A stretch of 64,000 nt of DNA from Ilumatobacteraceae bacterium (GTDB lineage: Bacteria > Actinomycetota > Acidimicrobiia > Acidimicrobiales > Ilumatobacteraceae): the NCBI GenBank assembly GCA_017859395.1, contig JAFMNE010000002.1, positions 18,804 through 82,803 of the forward strand, written 5' to 3'. Position numbers and translations under genes: made by a program. The notes under the pieces were generated by a model. The model saw nothing but the letters and a program-made list of their open reading frames with translations. It searched no databases and was not told the origin of the DNA. Below, piece after piece: positions 55,836-64,000 of this stretch (the stretch's first letter is position 1; each line of letters starts with the position of its first letter).

Positions 55836-56938
55836 GTCGACGCCCGGTCGTGATCGCCGGCGGCGGCACGGCGGGCCATGTGTTGCCGGCGATCGCCACG
55901 GCGGAAGCTCTGGTGGCTGCAGGTCGTGACTGGGCCGAGATCCATTACGTAGGTGCCCAACGGGGTATCGAAACCGAGTTGATTCCTCCGACACCGCTTG
56001 CGCATACCTTCATGGACGTCGTGGGGCTTCAACGGTCATTGCGCTGGTCAAATCTGTCGTTTCTTCAGAAGTTGATCGCCGCGTCGCGCCATGCGGGCCG
56101 CCTACTCGACGACATCAATGCGGGTGTGGTGGTGTCAGTCGGTGGGTACGCGTCGATGCCGGCGGTGCTCGCGGCACGCCGGCGTCGGATCCCCATCGTG
56201 GTGATCAGCTACGACCGCCGGCCAGGTCGAGCTAGCACCTTGTCGGCGCGGTGGGCGACAGCCTGTGCCGTTGCATTCGAAGCGTCTCCGCTGCCACGCG
56301 CCACCGTGACCGGGGCACCTATTCGCCAGGCCATCTTGACCATCGATCGCGAGCGTGACCGTGCGGACGCGCGGCAACGTCTCGGCATCGACCCGCAGCA
56401 GCCGATGGTGCTGGTGATGGGCGGATCACTCGGGTCATTGGTATTGAACGACGCGGTTCAGTTGCTGCTCGACCGTCAAGAAGCCGGCACCGCGATGACG
56501 ATCTGGCATCTGAGCGGCCGACGCTACGACGCTGCGACCGTGCCATCGGGCGGCTCTATTGAGTACCGGCATCAGCATTTTGCCGATGACATGGCGGATC
56601 TGTGGGCGGCGTGCGATCTCGTGGTCGGTCGCGGCGGAGCGTCCACGGTGCACGAGGTTGCTGCAACCGGAACTCCGGCCGTGCTCGTGCCGTGGGCCGG
56701 TGCTGCCGATGATCATCAGCGTCAGAATGTGCACTGGCTCACCGAGGTGGACGGTGCGGTCGCTGTCGACGAGTCGACCGACCGTGCGGCGACTGCCGAG
56801 CGAATCGCTCACGCTGTTCTCGACGTGCTGGCTGATGAGCCCAAGCGCTCGGTGATGGCGCGCCAGGCCTACGAACGCGGTGCGGTGCATCGCGACGCCC
56901 GATTGGCCGGTCTGATCGAGTCGGTCGCCCTAGCCTGA
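55832..56938 (+). CDS. murG: Undecaprenyldiphospho-muramoylpentapeptide beta-N-acetylglucosaminyltransferase
   Basis: VIAGGGTAGHVLPAIA N-terminus and GRGGASTVHEVAATGTPAVLVP. ATG 55832 overlaps the ftsW stop. The listed ORF start at 55418 is an out-of-context extension. Confidence 0.9.
   Translation: MSRRPVVIAGGGTAGHVLPAIATAEALVAAGRDWAEIHYVGAQRGIETELIPPTPLAHTFMDVVGLQRSLRWSNLSFLQKLIAASRHAGRLLDDINAGVVVSVGGYASMPAVLAARRRRIPIVVISYDRRPGRASTLSARWATACAVAFEASPLPRATVTGAPIRQAILTIDRERDRADARQRLGIDPQQPMVLVMGGSLGSLVLNDAVQLLLDRQEAGTAMTIWHLSGRRYDAATVPSGGSIEYRHQHFADDMADLWAACDLVVGRGGASTVHEVAATGTPAVLVPWAGAADDHQRQNVHWLTEVDGAVAVDESTDRAATAERIAHAVLDVLADEPKRSVMARQAYERGAVHRDARLAGLIESVALA
56931..56936 (+). promoter_or_regulatory. 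Candidate internal -10 (TAGCCT) placed for a leaderless murC transcript
   Basis: CTAGCCTG overlaps the murG stop, with 6 nt between the hexamer and GTG 56943. The same CTAGCCTG-N5-GTG layout occurs at 33490-33505. Confidence 0.3.
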
Positions 56939-56942
56939 CATC

Positions 56943-58364
56943 GTGTCCGCGCCCGATCTCGCTCCCATCGACCCGCCGGCGGTGGACCTGTCGGAGCCCC
57001 GCCGGGTGCATGTGGTCGGCGTTGGCGGCCCAGGGATGAGCGCCGTCGCGCTGACCCTGGTGGGTATGGGGCATACGGTCACCGGAAGCGACATTCGAGA
57101 GCGCCAGATCCTGGATCGGTTGCGATCCGTGGGTGTGCAGGTGTACCTCGGCCACTCTCGTGAACACGTCGTGGATGCCGATGTCGTCACCTACTCCACG
57201 GCGATTCCGGCCGACCTCAACGAACTCGACGAAGCACGCCGCCGTGGAATCACCACGGTGCACCGCAGCGAGGTTCTCGCGGCGATCTGTGCGGCCACTC
57301 ACGCGATCGGGGTCGCCGGCACCCACGGCAAGACCACGACCTCATCCATGATGATGCTTGCGCTCACCGAAGCCGACCGTCGACCCGGCTTTGTGATTGG
57401 CGGGGACGTCACCGATATGGGCGTTGGGGCTGCGTGGACAGGGTCGAACGACTTTGTCATTGAAGCCGATGAGAGCGATGGCACACACCTGCGCCTTCCG
57501 CTACGCGCGGCAATCGTGACCAACGTGGACGTGGACCACCTTGATCACTACGGCTCATTCGATGCCGTGGTCGATGGATTCCGTCGGTTCCTCGCCGCGG
57601 TCGACGGTCCGCGTGTGGTGTGCGCCGACGACCCGGTGGCAGCGTCACTCGCGGCAGAGGCGGGCGCGATCACCTATGGAGAGAACCCCGCAGCGGATTA
57701 CCAGATCGTCGATGCCGAACCCGACGGTGGTGCATTCCGCTTCCGGGTGGAACACGCCGGCGACGAGATCGCGTCGGTACGCCTACCGCTGCGCGGACGA
57801 CACAATGTGGCCAACGCCTGCGGTGTCATCGCCTTAGCACACCTGCTCGGTGTCGACGGCGCGGTCTCTGCCGCGGCGCTCGCACGATTTGGGGGCGTGG
57901 CCCGACGTTTCGACGTTCGCGCCAGTGATGACGGCGCAACGTTCGTCGATGACTACGCGCATCTGCCGCGAGAAATCGACGCGGTGCTGTCCGGGGCGCG
58001 CGACTCAGGAGATGGCTGGCGCCGAGTCGTGGCGGTGTTCCAGCCCAACCGCTACAACCGCATGGCCGAGATGTGGCAGGACTACGGCACAGCCTTCGGC
58101 GCCGCCGATCTAGTGATCCTGACCGACATATACGCGTCGGGTACCCAACCCCTACCAGGTGTCACCGGCAAGCTGGTGGTGAATGCCGTGTGCGAGGCCG
58201 ACCCCACCCGACGTGTGGTGTGGTTGCCCCGCCGTGAGGACCTGGTGCGCTTCGTCGCCGATGAGATCGGAACGGGTGACGTGTGCATCTCGATGGGTTG
58301 TGGGGATATCGCGACATTTCCTGATGAGGTGGTGGCCTTGCGTCGCTCCCTGCGGGGGCACTGA
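56943..58364 (+). CDS. murC: UDP-N-acetylmuramate--L-alanine ligase
   Basis: HVVGVGGPGMSAVA, GVAGTHGKTTTSSM and DDYAHLPRE motifs. Confidence 0.9.
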   Translation: MSAPDLAPIDPPAVDLSEPRRVHVVGVGGPGMSAVALTLVGMGHTVTGSDIRERQILDRLRSVGVQVYLGHSREHVVDADVVTYSTAIPADLNELDEARRRGITTVHRSEVLAAICAATHAIGVAGTHGKTTTSSMMMLALTEADRRPGFVIGGDVTDMGVGAAWTGSNDFVIEADESDGTHLRLPLRAAIVTNVDVDHLDHYGSFDAVVDGFRRFLAAVDGPRVVCADDPVAASLAAEAGAITYGENPAADYQIVDAEPDGGAFRFRVEHAGDEIASVRLPLRGRHNVANACGVIALAHLLGVDGAVSAAALARFGGVARRFDVRASDDGATFVDDYAHLPREIDAVLSGARDSGDGWRRVVAVFQPNRYNRMAEMWQDYGTAFGAADLVILTDIYASGTQPLPGVTGKLVVNAVCEADPTRRVVWLPRREDLVRFVADEIGTGDVCISMGCGDIATFPDEVVALRRSLRGH

Positions 58365-58365
58365 G

Positions 58366-59313
58366 ATGGGCGTCGCAGCGCTCGCTGACGACCTGCGGGC
58401 GGCGCAACACGACGGCGCGGCACTCGACATCGCAACCAATGCGGCCTTTGGGGCACGCACCACCTATCGCGTTGGTGGTTGTGCTGCGCTGATGGTGACC
58501 GTTGCCGATTCCGTGTCGATGGCACCGTTGCTTGCCTGCGTGGCCCGCCACGACGTCGCGATGGTCACGCTGGGTCGTGGATCAAACATGTTGGTGGCCG
58601 ACCGCGGGTTCGAGGGTCTTGTTGTCGTGCTCGGCGCATGGGCGGAGCGCATTGAGATCGCAGAAGCAGATGATGAGGCCAGCGTTCGAGTCATTGCCGG
58701 CGCCACCGCGCAATTGCCTGTCGTTGCCCGCAGGACCGCAATGGCCGGAGTGACCGGATTCGAATGGGCGGTCGGGGTGCCCGGGACGATCGGCGGCGCG
58801 GTCCGGATGAATGCGGGAGGCCATGGCGCGGACATGGCCGCCTCACTCGTAGGAATCGATGTTGCAACACGCACTGGGATCAGCATCCTGCCGGCCAGTG
58901 CGTTGGGGCTCGGGTTTCGTTCATCAGTACTCGGTGATGACCAGATCGTCGTATCTGCTGAACTGCGCCTGGCCCCCGGTGATGCGGCGCAGTCGGTCGC
59001 TCGGGTGGATGAGATCGTGCGATGGCGTCGCGAGAATCAACCCGGTGGGCAAAATTGCGGCTCGGTATTCGTGAATCCCGAGCCCGGGCGGGTGGCGGCA
59101 GGGGAGTTGATCGACCGACTTGGGCTGCGGGGATTCCGTATCGGAACCGCCGAGGTGTCGACGAAACACGCCAACTTCATTCAGGCAGACCCAGACGGGC
59201 GCGCCGACGATGTGGCCGCCGTGATGGCTGAGGTGCGCACCCGCGTGCGCGATGCCACCGGACACCTGTTGCGGAGCGAGGTCCGTCTGATTGGCTTCGA
59301 GGATGTGTCGTGA
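58366..59313 (+). CDS. murB: UDP-N-acetylenolpyruvoylglucosamine reductase
   Basis: FGARTTYRVGG, LGRGSNMLV, GFEWAVGVPGTIGGAVRMNAGGHG and GSVFVNP motifs. Confidence 0.85.
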   Translation: MGVAALADDLRAAQHDGAALDIATNAAFGARTTYRVGGCAALMVTVADSVSMAPLLACVARHDVAMVTLGRGSNMLVADRGFEGLVVVLGAWAERIEIAEADDEASVRVIAGATAQLPVVARRTAMAGVTGFEWAVGVPGTIGGAVRMNAGGHGADMAASLVGIDVATRTGISILPASALGLGFRSSVLGDDQIVVSAELRLAPGDAAQSVARVDEIVRWRRENQPGGQNCGSVFVNPEPGRVAAGELIDRLGLRGFRIGTAEVSTKHANFIQADPDGRADDVAAVMAEVRTRVRDATGHLLRSEVRLIGFEDVS

Positions 59314-60293
59314 CCTCACGTGACGATGACCGCGGGGTACCGTCGGAACCGGTGGATGCCACGGACGATTCTCGACGCCGCCGCAATGAGCGGGTGGTGT
59401 CGATCACCGATGATGACCTTCCGGATGCGGTGTACATCGAGGGGGACCTTGATGCGCGCAGCTCGGCGGGCCGGCGGGTGATCATCGATGACGATGATGC
59501 CGATGTGGTGAGTGCGAGCGGTCGTGATCTGCGCCACCAGATGGAAAATCGGGTGCGAGATCGCCGTGCGGAAATCCGGCGTCGCATTGTGAACCGCCGC
59601 ACAGCACGATTCGGGGTCATCGTGGTGGTAGCGCTCATCGTGATCGGTGTGCTGACCCTGCTGGGGTCGTCGGTATTTGGCATCCGGCGCGAGTCAGTGC
59701 AGGTCACCGGTGCGGTGTACACCGACCCTGTCGCACTCGAGGCGGTGATCGATGATGCCGTTGGCACCCCGGTGTTGTTATTCGACACCGATGCCGCGCG
59801 GGACCAGCTCGAAGCGATCCCATGGGTCGATACGGCGCTGGTGCGCACCGATTTTCCGTTTGGGTTGCGTATCGACCTTCGCGAACGCGAACCCGTGCTG
59901 TCGTATCCGGGCCCCGATGGTTTGTTTCGGGTACTCGACGCCGAGGGCAGGGTGCTCGATGTGATCGCTGGCTGGCCCTTTGAGTATCTCTTGTTGATCT
60001 CGGGAGATTCGCCCAATCTCCCCGCCGGTGCCTATGCGCCCGTGGGTCACGTCGGCGCGGCGCGGTTGGCTGATGTACTCACCGGTACGGTTCGCGATCG
60101 CGTGGCCGAGTTACGCGTTGACGCTGCCGGCACCGATCTTCAAGTGGTTCTTGACGATACGACGCGGATCCGTTTCGGTGCCGCACGCGATTTGTTCGAC
60201 AAACTTGTGCGCCTGGAGACCGTATTCACCGCGTCATCGCCGCCGGCCGGCTCGATAATTGACGTATCCACCGATGAGGTGACTGTCTCATAA
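59310..60293 (+). CDS. ftsQ: Cell division protein FtsQ (POTRA domain)
   Basis: Charged N-terminal tail, a TM segment (FGVIVVVALIVIGVLTLLG), a POTRA-like segment VQVTGAVYTDP...IPWVDTALVRTDFPFGLRIDLRERE, and position before ftsZ. Confidence 0.75.
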   Translation: MTSRDDDRGVPSEPVDATDDSRRRRNERVVSITDDDLPDAVYIEGDLDARSSAGRRVIIDDDDADVVSASGRDLRHQMENRVRDRRAEIRRRIVNRRTARFGVIVVVALIVIGVLTLLGSSVFGIRRESVQVTGAVYTDPVALEAVIDDAVGTPVLLFDTDAARDQLEAIPWVDTALVRTDFPFGLRIDLREREPVLSYPGPDGLFRVLDAEGRVLDVIAGWPFEYLLLISGDSPNLPAGAYAPVGHVGAARLADVLTGTVRDRVAELRVDAAGTDLQVVLDDTTRIRFGAARDLFDKLVRLETVFTASSPPAGSIIDVSTDEVTVS

Positions 60294-60467
60294 TGAGTAC
60301 CTTGGGGTGGCCATCATGGTTCAGGCGGGGCTGATCGCGCTAGCATTCGGGCACCTCCGGTACGGCTGTACCGGAAGTGGGTTGTATAGCCCATAAGGAC
60401 ATGAGCGAATGAGTCGACAAGACACGACACACCGGAACTCGCCGGTGGACCAGGGAAGGACGACCAG

Positions 60468-61535
60468 ATGAACGGCTCCCCACAGAACTACCTCGCCGTC
60501 ATCAAGGTGATTGGCGTTGGCGGCGGCGGCGTGAACGCCGTGAATCGCATGATTGACGCGGGACTGCGCGGCGTTGAGTTCATTGCAGTAAACACCGATG
60601 CACAGGCGTTACTAATGAGTGACGCCGATGTCAAACTTGATATCGGCCGAGAACTCACGCGTGGGCTGGGTGCCGGCAGCGATCCCGAGGTGGGTCGTAG
60701 TGCTGCCGAGGCTCATTCGGACGAGATCTCCGAGGTCGTGAAGGGCTCCGACATGGTGTTCATCACCGCCGGTGAGGGCGGTGGCACCGGCACCGGTGCA
60801 GCACCCGTCATCGCTGAGATTGCGCGCGAAGCCGGGGCACTGACCATCGGCGTTGTGACGCGACCGTTCAATTTTGAGGGTCGGCGCCGAGCCGTGCAGG
60901 CAGACGCCGGTGTGCAACGTTTGAAGGAAAAAGTCGACACGCTGATCGTCATCCCGAATGAGCGGCTGCTCTCGGTGGCGAACGACAAGACCAGTTTTAT
61001 GGCGGCGTTCAAGATGGCGGACGAAGTGCTGCTGCAGGGCGTGTCGGGTATCACCACCTTGCTCACGACTCCGGGACTCATCAACACCGACTTCGCCGAC
61101 GTGAAGATGGTGCTGTCCAACGCTGGTTCGGCGTTGATGGGTATCGGGTCGGCGACCGGTGATGATCGTGCGGTGTCGGCGGCCAAGACGGCGATTTCGT
61201 CGCCGCTGCTCGAGTCGGCCATCGATGGTGCTCGGGGCGTGCTGCTGAACATCACGGGGCCCTCGTCCATGGGCTTGTTCGAGATGAATGCCGCGGCCGA
61301 GATCATTCACGGCGTTGCGCATCCCGATGCGAACATCATCTTCGGCACCGTCATCGATGATGAGATGGGTGAAGAGGTGAAGGTCACCGTGGTCGCCGCC
61401 GGTTTCGACCGTGTGGATGCTGCACCCGCGGCGAGTTCGTCGGGGTCGTCACGACTGACTGAGCTCTTCGCCGACGACGACGGTCCCGCCGATGAGGACG
61501 ACGACGGTTTCGACGTCCCATCTTTCCTCAAGTGA
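60468..61535 (+). CDS. ftsZ: Cell division GTPase FtsZ
   Basis: [41 protein letters not shown] and NTDFADV motifs, and a C-terminal [11 protein letters not shown] peptide. Confidence 0.97.
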   Translation: MNGSPQNYLAVIKVIGVGGGGVNAVNRMIDAGLRGVEFIAVNTDAQALLMSDADVKLDIGRELTRGLGAGSDPEVGRSAAEAHSDEISEVVKGSDMVFITAGEGGGTGTGAAPVIAEIAREAGALTIGVVTRPFNFEGRRRAVQADAGVQRLKEKVDTLIVIPNERLLSVANDKTSFMAAFKMADEVLLQGVSGITTLLTTPGLINTDFADVKMVLSNAGSALMGIGSATGDDRAVSAAKTAISSPLLESAIDGARGVLLNITGPSSMGLFEMNAAAEIIHGVAHPDANIIFGTVIDDEMGEEVKVTVVAAGFDRVDAAPAASSSGSSRLTELFADDDGPADEDDDGFDVPSFLK

Positions 61536-62244
61536 GGATGCTGCGCTGCCGCTGACCTATCGCGATGCGGTCCACGGCCTGACGGTCGTGGTATCGACGC
61601 GTGCCGATGGAGACATGCATCCCAAGCACGTACCGCGCGAGGTTCTCTACGAGCGTCGCCAGCGGGTGATGCCGGGTGGGTGGACGCAACTCGACCAGCG
61701 ACATGGCATCGACGTCGTTGTGGTGACCGGTGCCGGTGGTCGTGACGGCGAGGTTGGCGATGTCGCGGTCACCGAGTGCCGCGATGCCGTTCTCGCGGTG
61801 TGGACGGGGGACTGCGCTCCCATCGTGGCAGTTGATGCCAGCGGGTCGCGGCTGGTGGCGGCGCATGCCGGTTGGCGTGGGGTCGCGGGCGGGGTCATCG
61901 ATGCGGCGGTCGATGCGCTCGCCAATGATGTGGCGACGGTGGTCGTCGGGCCAACGATTGGGCCCTGCTGTTATGAGTTTTCCGAGGAAGATCTTGCTGC
62001 GGTGGCCGATGGTGTCAGGGTCGATGCCGCGGCCATCGCCGGACAGTCCCGCTCTGGCTCGCCGGCGCTCGATATGCGGGCCGCCGTGTCAGCCGCGCTG
62101 CGTGGGCGAGGCGTTGCATCGTCGGCGATCGTGCACCTGGGTGGCTGCACCGGATGCGACATTGAGATGTACTCGCATCGGGTGCGTCGCGATCCCGAAC
62201 GGTTCGTGACCGCGGCACGCCTCCATGCAATGGTGCCGGGATGA
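61492..62244 (+). CDS. pgeF: Peptidoglycan editing factor PgeF (YfiH / laccase-domain family)
   Basis: [18 protein letters not shown] and CTGCD...YSHR motifs. The only canonical in-frame start (ATG 61492) overlaps ftsZ by 44 nt. Confidence 0.8.
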   Translation: MRTTTVSTSHLSSSEDAALPLTYRDAVHGLTVVVSTRADGDMHPKHVPREVLYERRQRVMPGGWTQLDQRHGIDVVVVTGAGGRDGEVGDVAVTECRDAVLAVWTGDCAPIVAVDASGSRLVAAHAGWRGVAGGVIDAAVDALANDVATVVVGPTIGPCCYEFSEEDLAAVADGVRVDAAAIAGQSRSGSPALDMRAAVSAALRGRGVASSAIVHLGGCTGCDIEMYSHRVRRDPERFVTAARLHAMVPG

Positions 62245-62894
62245 GCAGGATGCAGGTTGATGTTGCGGCCGCGTATGCCGAGCTGACCTCTCGCCTGGCC
62301 GACCTCGGAGCGGACGGTGTGCGGGTTGTTGGCGTGACCAAAGCGCATGGTCCGTGGGCAGTACAGGCAGCCTGCGATGCGGGTATCACCGCAGTGGGAG
62401 AGAACTACGCCCAAGAAGTTCGTGACAAGGCTGAGGTGCTGGCCGCAGTCCGCGCCAGTGGGGTCGAGGTTCATTTCATTGGCGGCTTACAGACCAACAA
62501 GGTGCGCATGGTGGCCGGACGAGTTGACGTGATCCAGAGTGTCGACCGAACGTCGCTCATCGATGAGATCGCCCGGCGCGATGCGGGGATCGCGGTGATG
62601 GTCCAGGTGCATCACGGCGGCGAAACCAACAAGGCGGGGTGCGCCCCTGCGGAAGTGCACGATCTGGTGGAGCATGCCCTTCAGCGTGGACTCGATGTGC
62701 TCGGCCTCATGGCGGTGGGCCCGACCGATGGCGACCGTGGGGCCACGGAGGCCGCGTTCACCGCCACCAGGGCGTTGGCCGACCGACTCGGATTACCGGA
62801 GTGCTCCATGGGAATGAGCAACGACCTCGACATTGCGGTCGCCTGCGGAACGACGATGGTGAGGGTGGGTACCGCACTGTTCGGTGCACGCTGA
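62241..62894 (+). CDS. yggS: YggS-family pyridoxal-phosphate homeostasis protein
   Basis: VVGVTKAH (PLP lysine), HFIGGLQTNKV and SMGMSNDL motifs. Confidence 0.85.
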   Translation: MSRMQVDVAAAYAELTSRLADLGADGVRVVGVTKAHGPWAVQAACDAGITAVGENYAQEVRDKAEVLAAVRASGVEVHFIGGLQTNKVRMVAGRVDVIQSVDRTSLIDEIARRDAGIAVMVQVHHGGETNKAGCAPAEVHDLVEHALQRGLDVLGLMAVGPTDGDRGATEAAFTATRALADRLGLPECSMGMSNDLDIAVACGTTMVRVGTALFGAR

Positions 62895-62981
62895 TGACCG
62901 CCGCGAGTGGTGGATCGTCCCACGTCATCCACTATCTCCATGGCGTCGTGGGGTAGCCTCTCGTGTCGAGGAGGCCAAGGA

Positions 62982-63470
62982 ATGTCGATGTGGAAACGTG
63001 CGATGGACTATCTGGGTCTGGGACCCGACGACGTCTACGACGGAGATTTTGAGTACCTCGATGATGACGAGGTCGACACCGTGCGTCCACGCCCCAACGG
63101 CGGCCATGATGAGTCAGCGCCTGCGCGCCGTCCCACCGACGATGGGCGACCGGTGTTCCCCTCACGGGATTTCGATCCGCGAAGCAGCGACGACTCGAAT
63201 GTGGTGCGCATCGGTCGGGTCACCCGCCCGACAGCCGAGCCAGCAACGGTGAAACCTCGCCGATTCGATCAGGCTCAAGAAGTCGCTGATGCCTTCAAGG
63301 CCGGCCAGCCGGTCATCATGAACCTCGAAGAGTCCGATCGGGAAATCGCTCGACGGTTGATCGATTTCGCGTCAGGTCTGTGTTACGCCCTGGATGGGTC
63401 AATGGAGAAGGTCGCCAACGGGGTGTACCTGCTCAAGCCGGCCGGTTCGGCGCACACCGCCGACTCCTGA
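62982..63470 (+). CDS. sepF: Cell division protein SepF
   Basis: [14 protein letters not shown]-terminal amphipathic helix, a variable linker, and the C-terminal core [20 protein letters not shown]...[28 protein letters not shown] Shine-Dalgarno. Confidence 0.85.
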   Translation: MSMWKRAMDYLGLGPDDVYDGDFEYLDDDEVDTVRPRPNGGHDESAPARRPTDDGRPVFPSRDFDPRSSDDSNVVRIGRVTRPTAEPATVKPRRFDQAQEVADAFKAGQPVIMNLEESDREIARRLIDFASGLCYALDGSMEKVANGVYLLKPAGSAHTADS

Positions 63471-63532
63471 GCCACCCGGACGCGGTGGTGGGTAGCCTCG
63501 ACGCTGCCCGACATCAATCATTGGACGCTGCT

Positions 63533-64000
63533 GTGACGTACCCCCACGTACCCTCCCAACCGAACCTGCCCTCGCTGGAGACCGAGGTTCTCGAGGCTTG
63601 GCGCCGCGATGGCACATTCGAGGCCTCGGTTGCGGCGCGCGCTGCTGGGGACAACGGCGACAACGAATTTGTCTTCTATGACGGACCGCCATTTGCCAAC
63701 GGGCTGCCGCACTACGGCCATTTGCTGACCGGCTACGTCAAAGATGCAATTCCGCGGTACCGGACGATGCGTGGTGAACGGGTCGAGCGGCGTTTCGGCT
63801 GGGACTGCCACGGATTGCCGGCCGAGGTGGAAGCCGAGCGTGAACTCGGCATCTCTGGCCACCCGGAAATCACCGCATTCGGTGTGGAGCGTTTCAATGA
63901 CGCCTGCCGAACCAGCGTGTTGCGCTACACCCGTGAGTGGCGTGACTACGTCACCCGTCAGGCCCGCTGGGTCGATTTCGACAACGACTACAAGACGCTC
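63533..64000 (+). CDS. ileS: Isoleucine--tRNA ligase, N-terminal part (continues beyond the window)
   Basis: My own translation of the plus frame gives [30 protein letters not shown]...[26 protein letters not shown] (HIGH motif)...GWDCHGLP. It is absent from the ORF track because there is no stop in the window. Confidence 0.9.
   Translation, partial: MTYPHVPSQPNLPSLETEVLEAWRRDGTFEASVAARAAGDNGDNEFVFYDGPPFANGLPHYGHLLTGYVKDAIPRYRTMRGERVERRFGWDCHGLPAEVEAERELGISGHPEITAFGVERFNDACRTSVLRYTREWRDYVTRQARWVDFDNDYKTL

Noticed and set aside
60316-60396. 26-aa hydrophobic mini-ORF (MVQAGLIALAFGHLRYGCTGSGLYSP) in the ftsQ-ftsZ spacer.
   Set aside because: It has no Shine-Dalgarno or -10 signal at the right distance and overlaps the hairpin. 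It is too short to support without conservation or translation data.
63518-63862. 114-aa minus-strand ORF.
   Set aside because: It is antisense to the clearly recognisable ileS N-terminus (HIGH motif region) on the plus strand.

Overview
This is a high-G+C, densely coding chromosomal segment of actinobacterial type. Gene content and the murB-containing dcw layout make an Acidimicrobiia-like lineage a reasonable guess, but that is inference only. I see no transposases, integrases, CRISPR arrays, rRNA or tRNA genes. Left to right, the window holds: cspA; ppc divergent from glgA-glgC; an F420/LLM-type oxidoreductase divergent from a class A PBP; a COG1579-type zinc-ribbon protein and a histidine phosphatase; a surface repeat protein plus a DUF3179 protein; a small cluster of GYD / SDR / DUF3303 / tandem alpha+beta proteins; RNase P RNA (minus strand); two Tat-signal ferritin-like proteins; an FGGY kinase; a Fur-family regulator-rubrerythrin-FeS/CCG-DUF3501 cluster followed by whiB; trpD-thrB; a DnaQ-exonuclease/GIY-YIG (Cho-like) nuclease divergent from a coiled-coil NYN protein-queG-GT4 operon; an aminotransferase; glpK; pfk; an mtrA-mtrB-short lpqB-like operon; suhB-like IMPase; dinB; ROK kinase; an acyl-CoA dehydrogenase; an HNH endonuclease; and a nearly complete dcw cluster (mraZ rsmH ftsL ftsI murE mraY murD ftsW murG murC murB ftsQ ftsZ pgeF yggS sepF) ending in the 5' part of ileS. 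The observations most worth a second look are listed here. (1) A perfect Gram-positive/actinobacterial LexA box (CGAAC-N4-GTTCG) lies in the 68-bp divergent region between the Cho-like nuclease and the uncharacterised NYN/coiled-coil-queG operon. (2) The uncharacterised Fur-rubrerythrin-FeS-DUF3501 redox cluster. (3) A translationally coupled pair of Tat-exported ferritin-like proteins. (4) A five-unit array of (G/A)NTGG-like boxes with 10-bp periodicity overlaps the -35 of the mraZ promoter and is a candidate MraZ operator. (5) TAnnnT -10 elements lie 6-8 nt upstream of many start codons, indicating leaderless transcripts, including one inside the dcw cluster at murC. (6) murF, ddl, yggT and divIVA are absent from an otherwise canonical dcw cluster. 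Nothing here is a clear-cut new defence or mobile system, and all functional calls rest on motif recognition by eye from the translated ORFs.
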